Below, piece after piece: positions 13,013 to 24,045 of a stretch of 61,158 nt of DNA. How positions within the stretch are numbered: position 1 is the stretch's first letter; each line of letters opens with the position of its first letter. A model generated the notes under the pieces. It searched no databases, was not told the DNA's origin, and saw only the letters and a list, made by a program, of their open reading frames with translations. The position numbers were made by a program, and so were the translations under genes. Source of the DNA: Chiloscyllium plagiosum (taxonomy: Eukaryota); assembly GCF_004010195.1 (NCBI RefSeq), contig NC_057711.1, positions 74,723,571 through 74,784,728 of the forward strand. The letters are read 5' to 3'.

Positions 13013-13703
13013 CTGAATGATAATGATGATTTATTGTCACGTGTACTCTGCAATGAACAACACAGTACACTACAGCGAAAAGCTTCAACTGTCACCACAA
13101 TCCAGCACTTTTTTGGGTGGTTAACAAATAAAAAAAATCTAAAAAGATATAACTTAGAGTACATCTTTTTTCCACTAATTCCACCATACATCCTGAGCTT
13201 TGAGGCTGACTGACCAATGACATCTACACCATCACTCCTCTGCTCCAGACCCATGAACGTCAGAGTCATTACTCTCCAGGTGCCATCTCTGGGCCCACCT
13301 TGCCAACAGGCCACCAATGCCAGGTCCTGTGCAGAACCTACACTCGCCCCACAACCTTGAACCCCTGGTACTGCTGCCACCACCTCGCTGATAACCAGGA
13401 GTCCCCACTCTGGGTGTACAACAGCACCGCCACTTCAGTTGCCACCAAACTGATGCCTGGAGACCCTGCTATGGGCCTACTGCAACCAGGAGTCCCTGGC
13501 TCCACTGCCAGGCCAGGCCGCCGCCTCACCAAGAATCTCACTTTGGCCACCCTCTTTCGCGATGTCACCTTCTCCGCTGCCACTGACAGAAAGAAGATGA
13601 AAAAAAAGAAAAAGAAAGAATTCAAAAAGGTTAAGGAGAGAAAGGGGGAAGTGGATGGCGCAGGAGCCAAAATGCTGCCAACCTTGCCAGCGCCACCATC
13701 TTG
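13013..13703 (-). mobile_element. Non-autonomous Rex1/Babar-like retroelement (5' head plus 3' tail, no RT)
   Basis: Minus strand starts caagatggtggcgc and ends aagcttttcgctgt...gtacacgtgacaataaa(tca)n; GC-rich interior lacks RT motifs. Confidence 0.5.
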
Positions 13704-14309
13704 AAGTCTGCATTTAATTGAAGGATCACATCTCAGATGAGGATCTCCCCTGTTAACTATTTGTCAGATGTGAAGGAAGTTTCAGAAGGGCTGAAAATAA
13801 TCAGGGGCTTCAGAAATGCAGCAGGCAGCAGGCCTTGCACATGTTCAGGTAGAGATCCAGTCATCTTCATGCCTTTCATGGACTGGGTCTGTACCCAGCT
13901 TGTGGCTGAGGGAGATTGCTGCCTGTATCCTCTTACCCTGGCTGACTCTAAGGGTCTATTTGTCTACAGTGAGAGAGGAAAACTACTTGAGAGTCGAAAT
14001 GAGAACAAGCTGTTAACTTAAACAATTTATTGCATGATAAACATCAAATATAACTTACATTAATATATCAAAGTCAAAAATCACATGACACTGGGTAATA
14101 TTCCAATAAGTTTATTTGAAACCGCAAGCTTTCTGAGCCCCGCTCCTTCCACGTCACTTGTATATCAGACATTGTTATTAAGAGAACTTGGAGATTAGTA
14201 TAGGCCCTCACTTTACAAGATCATAAAATGGTCTACTCTTTCCTTATCCAAGTCATTCTGGCATCATCAGCTCGTGTGAAGTTTAATACAGTCTCCAACA
14301 TTAGTCCAT

Positions 14310-14556
14310 TTAGGACCATTATCTTTTACGACACTTGGGATCCGGGAAATCTAAAAGTTTGCCAAAAGCAATCTGAACATCCTTTCTACCCCAGCACTCT
14401 CCACTCCAAACCACCCCTCCACTATAGCATAAATGCTGCCTCCACCACACTTCACTTCAACTCTAATGTAGAATCGAGTAGACTCGAAACGTTAGCTTGC
14501 TTTCTCTCCATAGATGCTGTCTGACCCATTGTAATCTCCAGCATTTGCTGTTTTCC
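14310..14556 (+). mobile_element. Penelope-like element 3' fragment
   Basis: gactcgaaacgttagc...ctctccatagatgctgtctgacc...ctccagcatttgctgtttt tail motif. Confidence 0.6.
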
Positions 14557-16289
14557 TTATGGCTTTTGGGTTTCTCTTACATCCCTGAACAACAATGTGA
14601 GTGATCCTTTTATGGGAATTGCCAATTTTTTAAAAAATGAATGATCATATCTTCAGGCATCCAGGCCTTAATGCTAGCTGAAACTTCTCTGCCTGAGTCT
14701 CAAATCTGCTGATGGTTTACCCTTTCTGCTTCATCTCATCAAATTTACCCAGGTTGTTCATACCCTGCTTCCCAACAAAACAACATAGCTACTAAATTAT
14801 ATTAGAGCATTTGGAGGTGAGTTCACTTCATTTATAGATTCAGAAACCGAAAATTATGATTGACACAATCTCAGGTTCAATCTGAAACCTTTGTTTAGAA
14901 TTTTAAACAACACAACTCGATTACCCATTCAGTTACCCATCGGCTTGTCAATTGAAGTGGCTGTAGGTCCCTTAGGAATGATCTCTGGCTGAGATCTTCC
15001 AGCTTGGTTCACCACAGTGATTCCTATCAATACAAATCTTCCACCTTTTTTCTTCAAATGCTTCTTGTTAACACATATCTTCTGTCTTCCTTTCTGACTA
15101 CGCCTGCATGAGATTTATGAGGGGTTTACATATAGAATATCATTTTTCGGGTCATGCGGAATTTTTTTCTGCTTAGTTGGATGCACATTTGGTTGTTAAT
15201 TGGATCGTATATTCTTAATCCATACAAGAACTTATTCCTAACCCATTGAGATTGCCTTTACTGACTTTGATCAGTTTTCTGTTATTACTTGTTCTATTTC
15301 AGTGCAAATTGTTCTGTTCAAATCAACATTATCACTGCAACTAACCAGTAACAATGTCGTGAGCAAGTAGTAAACCCACCTAATTTGTACATAATAAGCA
15401 CTGCTTTGAACTTGTAGCCAGTTTCCCTATCCAGTAGATGTATATGTTTAATTTCCTGGTTTGAGGAATTGTTTAGCATCTAATTACTGTCTAATTAGAA
15501 TAATTTATATTTAATTCTAGAGTGTGTGTTTGAACATCTGGCAGTTTTGAGGAAGATAACTCAATGATACAGTCCACAAGCAAATTCAAAGTTTACATTC
15601 AGACTGAATTTCAGAAAATATGGCTGATACCTTTTCACGTGGTTGAAAGCTGCTGTAAAATTTTACCTGATTTCTATAATAATACAGTATCTATTCTTTT
15701 TCCCACTATCAGGGTAGTATTTGAATGAAATACACCTTAAAATATGCAGAAATGTGAATATTTTGCTCACTATAGTTAAATTATGTTACACATCATTTAA
15801 TGAGATTTGCAGAAAATTATATTTACACCCTGATTAGAGCTGAGACTCTGGGGTTTCATGCTATTGCTAATTTCTTGGGTGATGTAGTTATTTTCACCTG
15901 CAATAATGATCTGTAAGGATAAGATAATCCATATTACAATATTCAGCGGAAAATTTATGCTAAATATTCTACATTGGTTACTCTTGGCAATTACCCATTA
16001 TATGAGAGTTTGATAGAAGTGGCAGAAGAATCCGTGTCTAAAAGAGAAAGATAGGTTAGTATTTCAGATGGGATCTATTATCAGAATTTATTAAAAGGAG
16101 CCACTGGAAATGTTAGCCTCTTGTGCCCTTGTAGAAACTTATTGACACTATTTTCTGTGATTTTTAGTTTTTAAAATATCCACCTTTCTGACTCTGTCTT
16201 AGAAACATGCATTTATATGTTAACATGCCCCAGCAATTACCTCTTGGTCACAACATTCTCTCCTTTGTCTCTTGCAATTGGCAATGGGT

Positions 16290-16955
16290 TGGAGAACGTG
16301 AGGACTGCAGATGCTGGAGATCAGAGTTTGGACATGCAGGCCCTGGGCTTCCTCCATTGCTCAACCCTAACCACCCGATGCCTGGAGGAAGAACGTTTCA
16401 TCTTCTACCTTGAGACACTTCAACCACCCGGGATCAATGTGGATTTCACCAGTTTCCCCATTTCCTCTTCCCCTACCATACCCCAGTCCCAAAAGAGGAA
16501 ATGCTGTAAAATTTCAGCAGGTCTGGCAGCATCTGTAAGGAGAGCTTTGACAAAGGGTCAGTTAGACTCGAAACGTCAGCTCTTTTCTCTCCTTACAGAT
16601 GTTGCCAGACCTGCTGAGATTTTCCAGCATTTCCTCCTTTGGTTTCAGATCCCAGCATCTGCAGTATTTTGCTTTTATCCCAGTCCCAACCTTCCAACTT
16701 GGCATCGCCCTCTTAAATGGTCCTACCTGTCCATCTTCCTTCCACCCATCTGCTCCACCCTCCTCTCTGACCTATCACTATCACCCCACCTTCATCAACC
16801 TATTGCATTCTCAGCTACCTTCCCCACAACCCTACTTCCCTCACATTTATCTCTCAGCCCCCTTGGTCCACAAGCCTCATTCCTCATGAAGGGCTTAAGC
16901 CGGAAACATCGACTCTCTTGTTCCTCAGATGCTGCTTGACTAGCTGTGCTTTTCC
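16290..16955 (+). mobile_element. Penelope-like element 3' end (GIY-YIG C-terminus and tail) with nested or inverted tail pieces
   Basis: LEEERFIFYLETLQPPGINVDF (PLE endonuclease C-terminus), tail cctcatgaagggcttaagccggaaacatcg; 16495-16675 is an inverted-repeat tail insert. Confidence 0.75.
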
Positions 16956-17117
16956 TAGATGTCAATGGGATGTCCATGGTATCCGACATCAAGAGGCCAG
17001 CCCTGCAAGAAATGCCATCCTCCACCTCTGAGGAAGAGAGCATGGATGCCTGAGAGGAAGCATAGGTAAGTCTGCCTCCTGCACTCCCTCGAGCTCAGTT
17101 ACTCAAATCTCAGTGGG

Positions 17118-17250
17118 TATACAAAGTTAAAAATCACACAACACCAGGTTATAGTCCAACAGGTTTAATTGGAAGCACTAGCTTTCGAAGCGGTGGTTGT
17201 GGAAGACACAATTGTAAGACACAGAATTTATAGCAAAATGTTTTACAGAT
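17118..17250 (-). mobile_element. Penelope-like tail fragment
   Basis: gttaaaaatcacacaacaccaggttatagtccaacaggtttaattggaagcactagctttc; same family at 14070-14150 and 39853-39983. Confidence 0.6.
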
Positions 17251-18299
17251 TAGAGTCAGAAGCACAGTTAGTGAGCCCTTCTCTGGCATGTCTCCACAGC
17301 TGGCTGAGGAAATAACCTCCCAAATCATTGGCACTCAGAAGACTACTAGAGCCCAGGCACCTACCCAGCTAAATGCAGGAAAGGACACTACAGTGTCGAC
17401 AATTAGGACTTCTTCCAAGTCCACAAGCAGACACAGAAGCAGTAGTTAGGTTTGTAGGCTGCTGTGGGCCACCAAACACAAAGGCTACTGGATTGCAACA
17501 AAGTGGTTGGGACCCTGCTGCCTCGGGCTGCCTCCATGGACGAGTTAGCCGCTGCCAGGGACAACCAGTTCCTGCAGTCTTCAAGTTTCCTGAAACTGCC
17601 TGCATTGCATCACTGTAGCTATTGGTGCTCAGCACAAGCAGCAAAGAGATAGCAGGGGATGAGGGATCCTGAGCTCACCCTAGGTGCCTCTTCCTTACAA
17701 GGAGGCAGGGCAGTGCCAGTAGGCACCCAGTCAGAGAAACCACAGACAACAGCCTCAGATATCTCAGTTCAGGATACTCCAGTTCAGACTGAGCTTCCAT
17801 CCTCATTCTGCCTACCACCCTCAGCTATGTGAGAGCTCAAGCCAAACAGCTTGCAAATGCCCCTGGTTGGGACATGCTTAGCATGTCTTGGTCCTCTGGA
17901 GCAAACTTCCCTTGGAGTCACCAGACCAAACTTCCAAGACCAAAAGGCTCCATTGTAGGTAGGCACTCTCCACCCCAGCTATGGTGCTCAAGACTGCACT
18001 GAGGCACAGTGGAAGAAAGAAGGAAGAACACCTTCTGATGACACATAGGTGGCACATCACGGTCAATACATTAATCACTTTGGAAGTGCATATTCGGTCA
18101 TTATTCTGCATGATTGGTCAGCAGTGCTCAGGGCAAGGATTTGGACTGCACACAGTATATTAAGTTTCACAAAGCGTGTAGTGCGCAGAGTTATATCTGA
18201 GATTCAGCATATGGCAGTGTGTAATGTTGTTGCCTTTGAAGGGCTTCACATCACTTGAGGCCCACCTCCTCACAGAACAAACATGAATGAAACACCGCG

Positions 18300-19600
18300 C
18301 CAATTTTCAGTATAGTAGCAGCAATTTTCACTTTAATTGTGATCTCGTTCATAGCACAATGGAAGGCAATAGCAGTCGTTTCTCGAGTAGTGAGTATCAG
18401 GGTCTGCCTCCATCTTGGTGAATGGAAACATGTTGTTTCTGGTAGCCCTTCCTTTCAACTTTATTGGCTTTGTACTTCCCCAAATCCCCATCCAAGTCAA
18501 GTCTATCCGTGTCTTCATCTGCCCAGAGATATCCATAAATAGGCCAGGTCCGATAGTGCACTGTCTGCCCATGGAAGCCAGGATGCTGTTTATCATTGAC
18601 ACCACCTCCCCAAAACCCCTACATACCACACCCACCACAGGACCCCTTTCCATCTCACGTTTTATAACTCCCCCCTTACATATTGAGTTACCACTGTTCA
18701 GTATTGTGATTCCCTCTGCATCCCGTCATTCAGACTCCAATCCATGCAATTACATTCCCCAGTCTCAGTCCTGCAGCAGTGGTTTCTGATAAACTCCCCT
18801 TAGCTTATTTGACGGGCTCGCCCAGGACCGAGCATCTTGGCCATTCAACTTCAAACGGGTCTCTGACTGCTACCTGTACAGTTGCCTGACTACCTTCCCA
18901 TGACTCCCCCTGACTGGTTGTACTGGACCTACAAAGCTGAGTGTGGCCCACTTGCCACATTGGAGAGATGCTAACCCCTGATCGTGACCACCATCACTGG
19001 CCGAATCACTGTATCCAAGCTCCTGCCCCTGATTTGCTGTGCTGGGACCCTTCAATTGAAGGATGTTCCCTGGACCTGACTGAGGACCACTCCACTTAGG
19101 TTTGAAGACATGCTATTTGCTTGCAGATTATGTAATGGTATTTGCTGTGTACGTGAACTCCACATGGTGCAGGGGTCTGAAATTGATGGAGCACTGTGAT
19201 GTACAGCAGCATATCTGTTCCCTTGACTGATGACTGCTAGCCAGCATGACAAGTTGCCTAGCATTATCTCTGTGCAACACTGAAAGGCAAGAGTACTGTG
19301 AACGTTTAAAGCTGAGGGGCAAAGAATTGAAAAACAAGGCAGGGATGCTGTGAGCTCAGATGACGCCTGGGCCTGTCCTTGCATAATGAAAGATGCCATG
19401 CACCTCAAAGAACAGCAGAGAATTGCGCTGTAAGTGAATTGGGGTTGTAGCATGATGATGTAGAGAGGTTGGCTCATGTCAGATGCCAGCATCCATGGAT
19501 ATGGTTACTTGCAGCTTTTACCCTTGGAATGTGCCCTGAGACGTTGTCCTCATTTACACATATCAACGTGAGACCCAGACCACAATAGCCCCAGTGAATT
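18300..19600 (-). mobile_element. Possible highly decayed Gypsy 3' region (integrase C-terminus, PPT-like tracts)
   Basis: GPVQPVRGSHGKVVRQL resembles the Gypsy GPVSY..G.V.R.H motif; aaggggag tracts follow on the minus strand. Confidence 0.3.
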
Positions 19601-21603
19601 TACTGGGTTTGTGCTGATATACTGGTCTGAGTAACATCATTTGAGACTTATAAGGTGCACCAGCTGTCGAGATCAGTCAATACAGGCAGAGATAACAACT
19701 TCTTGATGATTAAGAATCTGAAGACTTTTTAAATAAAGATTTATGCAGTGGGGAAATGCATTTCCATGTGTTATTTTCTGTTGCCATTCTTCCAACAGCC
19801 ACTTAGTGGATGAGTTTAAGCATGTGCGGCTGAGTATAACAAGGACGGTTGCAAATGAATATTGTAGAGTCTCTTAGCCTGCAATTTTTTATTTTAAGCT
19901 TTCCTTCTGAGCATGTAAAGTCGAAGGACACCCACCAGAAACGAATATTCACAGCTCTCTGGATTTATGATTGTACACCGCTTGTTTGTTTCACTGTTTG
20001 GTAGATTGCAAATTGCTACTCGGCCACACATTCTGAAACATCGTTTCTCTTGACAGTGACTCCTGATTAATGAACTAGCGCTGGTAATCACTGCTTTCCA
20101 GCTTCTGTACCTCCAAATTTACAAATATTGAAGACAGGTTTACTCAGTGAATCAGTTCTCTGGTATGTTTTCTAGTGTTTAATTGTGGGGAAATCGTATG
20201 TTGGGGATTAATTGTTCTAAATGCTATGGATCTTCATTTGTGTGATGGATATTTTTCTGGTGTCACATGACAGATGACTGAGATTGGGCTGTTCCTGAAA
20301 AGTTGCTCTGCACCCGAAACTTGATAAGAATGTGCAATCTTTTGGAATTAACTGTCACATTTGATACAATTATACAGAAATTTAGATTTTTTTAAAAGAA
20401 CAAAAATAGCAATGTGAAGCTGATTAAATGACAGAGCGAGTTACTGAATTCCCAACCCTGCCATGTCCCTGCTTAAAGTTACTAGGTTTTTTTCAGAATT
20501 TTTAGGACTTTTAATTTCGATAAGGATAGGCTTGTTAAAAAAAACACCTTGCGGAGCCTTTTGGTATTATTAAGATAACGTGAACTGACAGTCACACCTT
20601 AAGTAACATGTCTTTAAATATGTTTGCTGTCAAATTTGACAACATGATACACCCAGCAGTGTGTTAGATTAATCCTATGTCATAGGGGTCATTTAGATCT
20701 CTTATGAAATGTAAATGTTGATAGACTGGGGGAGTAATTGTGTCTTTGAGCAATAGCATAAAATGTGTGATAAAAAATTGGGCGGTCTGTTCATCTCCTG
20801 ATTTTTATTTCGACAAACGTGATGCAAAACAGATTGTGAGTTTCTTTTACCAAGATTATATTGGTGTAATGATCTCTTTAGAGACAACAACTTTTAAAAA
20901 GACTGATGAATTTTCCAGTGACCAATAGAAATAATCACAAGACAAAATGTCGCCTTCTCAGACTTGTAGAAATTAAAATCAACATAGACTAAACATTACT
21001 TAACAGGCAATAATTACAGGCAACCAAACAAAAGAAAGTGTACTTACCCAATACCCAACTAACATAACCAAAATATTTTACAGCACGCTTTATGCTACAT
21101 GCTCAGAAGGTAAGTATTCTTGAGAATTAAGTTCAGAACTCCTCCCATTTTTTTCAGCAGGCTAATATCCCAGGGCAAGACTTCCAGTGTCCTTTGAAAG
21201 GCATTCCACTCAATTTTCTGAATATCCTCGAAGTGACTCCCAGCAAGCAACATGGATAACTTTGACAAATTTTTGGTCTCAAATCTTGATAAATTGAACA
21301 GAGAACCGGATCTAACCAGTATCTTACTTGGTTGCTAACGCTAAAATAACTTTTATCTGTGTCTCACAGCAGCTGTTTCAGTCACCCACTGCCTCTCTGT
21401 GCACAGAAAACTGACTGCCCTCTTTTCTGTTGAGGTGGGAAAACTGGCACTTGATTTTTATAGGTTTTGGTTACAGATTACTTGTGCTTGTCTCCGGGCA
21501 GATTTTAGTATTATCAATAGCTCCTTTTTCAGGACAGCCCATTTCATTTTGAAATTAAAGGACACATTTTAAAACATAATTTTAAAAGTATTTCATTTGA
21601 AAC

Positions 21604-22329
21604 TGTTCTGGGGAAAATCACCAGCCTTGGAATCAGAGTTGGGGTTCAACGACAGAGTTTATTGTACAAGGAGCTCCGGGGAGAGAAAGACACCAACAGC
21701 ACAGTGGGTTAGCTGCGATTCTTCTCTCCACCCAGAGCACATGTCAAGATACTTTTGTACATTTTGTGATATAATAGGTCAATGATGAGTTTATTGTCTC
21801 TGTAACATAGTTTGTTTGTTGTAAACATTGCAGAATCGTTGATAGTTTTGATGCATTCATTGTCAGTTCCAGTGCAGCCTTTGTTAATTTCAGTGCAGTC
21901 GTTGTCAGTTTCAGCACAAATATTGTCAATTTCAATGTCTGTGCCGAAGTCCGTTACTGTAGTAATGGCCGCTAAGCGTTCTTCCTGAGAAGTGTGATTA
22001 CTGCAGCCCTGTAGCACTTTGTATTGAGTCCGCATCAAACTGTTAGCATTTCTATCAAAGGTGTTGGCTGGACCCAGACACTTCGGCGGGCAGTATACAC
22101 TGCTGATGTATATTGTCTCCCCACCTGCCTTAAATTAACCAACTAGGTTGTGAGTGCATTGTGTGGCATCCCGGTGGCTCCAGGCAGTATCTGTATTTCC
22201 TCTGCTGTCTCTCTCCAGAATGTGGTCCGGTGGCCATCTTGTGTGTTAAGTGGCCAATTTATGGTTCAGCAGCCATCTTGTGTGTCCGCGTGCCTAGTGT
22301 CACCCTGCCCCATGCCATCTCCCACTTCA
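21604..22329 (-). repeat. ERV 3' LTR (726 bp)
   Basis: Direct repeat of 30144-30882; minus strand TGAAGTGGGAG...CAGAACA; AATAAA at 21658-21663. Confidence 0.95.
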
Positions 22330-22339
22330 CTCCCCTTTA
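22330..22339 (-). promoter_or_regulatory. Polypurine tract
   Basis: Minus strand AAAGGGGAG directly abuts the TG of the 3' LTR. Confidence 0.85.
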
Positions 22340-23066
22340 TGTGGTCAAAGAGGAGACTTGGGAGATCTCCCACAGACCACCCAATTTACATGTAGAGGTA
22401 GGTCAACTCTAGGAGCTCCTCCTCTCGAGGGGTATCATAGAGTGGTGACACTCACTGCTGATACAGTTCTCGTCAGTAGTGCCTTATAGCAGAGCTTTAA
22501 ACACCCTAGGCCCACACAGAATACTAGCATGAGTGCACTCAGGAGAACGATCCCATGTGCCAAATAGGCTTCCTAAGATTTACCTAGCAACTAATTTAAT
22601 CAGCTTTCTGTAATTGTGGCTCCCTGAGGGAAATTATCTGGCCTGGTCTCGGATTTTCTTGATGGCTTCTGTAATGATTTAAAAGTCATCAATAACATGG
22701 GTGATACAATTGTCACCAATAATTGTACAAACTGCCCCTTGCCATGCTAACGTGTCTGCTGTGTGTAGAGTCTGAGTTCAGCCAACTCTGTATTAATTGC
22801 TTCCAGAGCATTTGAGGTATTATTGCCTAAGATAGTCAGGCCACATACAAGGTAATTTGATGACCCCTGCTACTCACCCCCCAAAGATAGAGATCCCAAG
22901 AATCCATATCCCAATGATGACCCAAGAGTGGTGGGGATCTGCCGGTCAGCACAGAACTCCTGGCTGGTGGAACGGGTCACTAACCTTCTCCAAACATGAC
23001 CCCCCGGGGCAAAGGATGCAATTGCCCCTACTGCAACCAGAGATGGGAGGTCTGGGGTGTCTGTTG

Positions 23067-23233
23067 AGGAGAAAGTGAGGTCTGCAGGTGCTGGAGATCA
23101 GAGCTGAAAATGTGTTGCTGGAAAAGCACAGCAGGTCAGGCAGCATCCAGGGAACAGGCGAATCGACGTTTCGGGCATAAGCCCTTCTTCAGGCTTATGC
23201 CCGAAACGCGCTTTTCCAGCAACACATTTTCAG
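23067..23233 (-). mobile_element. Fold-back Penelope tail insertion in env with 15-bp target-site duplication
   Basis: ctggggtgtctgttg at 23052-23066 and 23234-23248; internal inverted repeats. Confidence 0.9.
23160..23193 (-). ncRNA. Minimal hammerhead ribozyme motif (Penelope type)
   Basis: Minus strand CCUGAAGA-A-GGGC(UUAU)GCCC-GAAA-CGUC: CUGANGA core, helix II, GAAA and GUC triplet. Confidence 0.65.
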
Positions 23234-24045
23234 CTGGGGTGTCTGTTGCATAAGTCTCCTTAAATAGAAAAACAAATCCCTTCGACGCTCAGTAACATAC
23301 ATTGCCCTGTCTTTCCGTCTGTCTCTCTACCCATGTCGCCCCTGATCCCAAGTCTGCCCCCACCCCCACCCCCAGCTGGTAAGTATCAAATGGGTATGTC
23401 CATGTGGCAGAGCTGACATGGGTGCCATTGCACTGACCACATATGAACTGTCTGCCCACAGTCATATTCAGGAATGCCTGCTCACTGCAGGTGCAGGTGA
23501 ACTGTCCACTGGTGACTGTACAGTGCTGAGAAGTGCACTGTGTTTGGACGCATGAGTCATTTTTGGGAACCAGAGCATAAGTGCATCCCCATCCCTGCCC
23601 TGTGAAACAGAATGGATAATTACCGGGTTTTAAATGGGTCTTCCCTTCCCTAGGCTGGGGCACCTGGCCCCATGAGCCGGTGGTTCTGCCCAGCTGCACA
23701 CATCTGCCCTTTACACATCTCTCCTGAGGTGTCCACTGTATACAGGTCTTGCGGGGTCCACACCGGGGTGGCCACAAATAGGGATTCTATTGCTCGCGCC
23801 AGTGGGTAGCAGACAGTTCGGTTCCCATGCAAACTTAAGAGGGTTTTATAGAAGAGGTGATCCTCAAACCCTGACATGCTCCCGACAGTTGTGACACTTA
23901 AACACAGTGAAATACAAACAGGTATTTACATTTTTGCAGTTAAATAAAGTTATCAGTCAAAGTCTTTGTTTTCGTCATGAGGTGCAGTCGTGCTTCTGTT
24001 TAGTTTGTTTGGTTGTGTTTTCAGTTTTCCCCCGGGATGACCGTC

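Larger units (their letters stand above)
22385..23931 (-). pseudogene. env: ERV envelope (signal peptide, Cys-rich SU, RRLVTR cleavage site, TM, membrane anchor); stops, frameshifts and a Penelope insertion
   Basis: M*IPVCISLCLSVTTVG signal; heptad/ISD-like ALEAINTELAELRLYTQQTR; CTIIGDNC; anchor GIVLLSALMLVFCVGLGC. Confidence 0.85.

Noticed and set aside
12928..13713. Cluster of overlapping 75-151 aa ORFs as a novel gene
   Set aside because: Explained by the GC-rich, low-complexity interior of a non-autonomous retroelement.
16217..16939. Longest ORF in the track (240 aa) as a host gene
   Set aside because: It is a chance read-through of a Penelope endonuclease end plus nested tail fragments.
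21835..21945. CRISPR-like or standalone minisatellite array
   Set aside because: Degenerate 21-bp head-to-tail units without spacers, inside a retroviral U3 in eukaryotic DNA.
22385..23931. Domesticated (syncytin-like) env gene
   Set aside because: Stop at codon 2, frameshifts, a deletion in the ISD and a Penelope insertion show this copy is dead.
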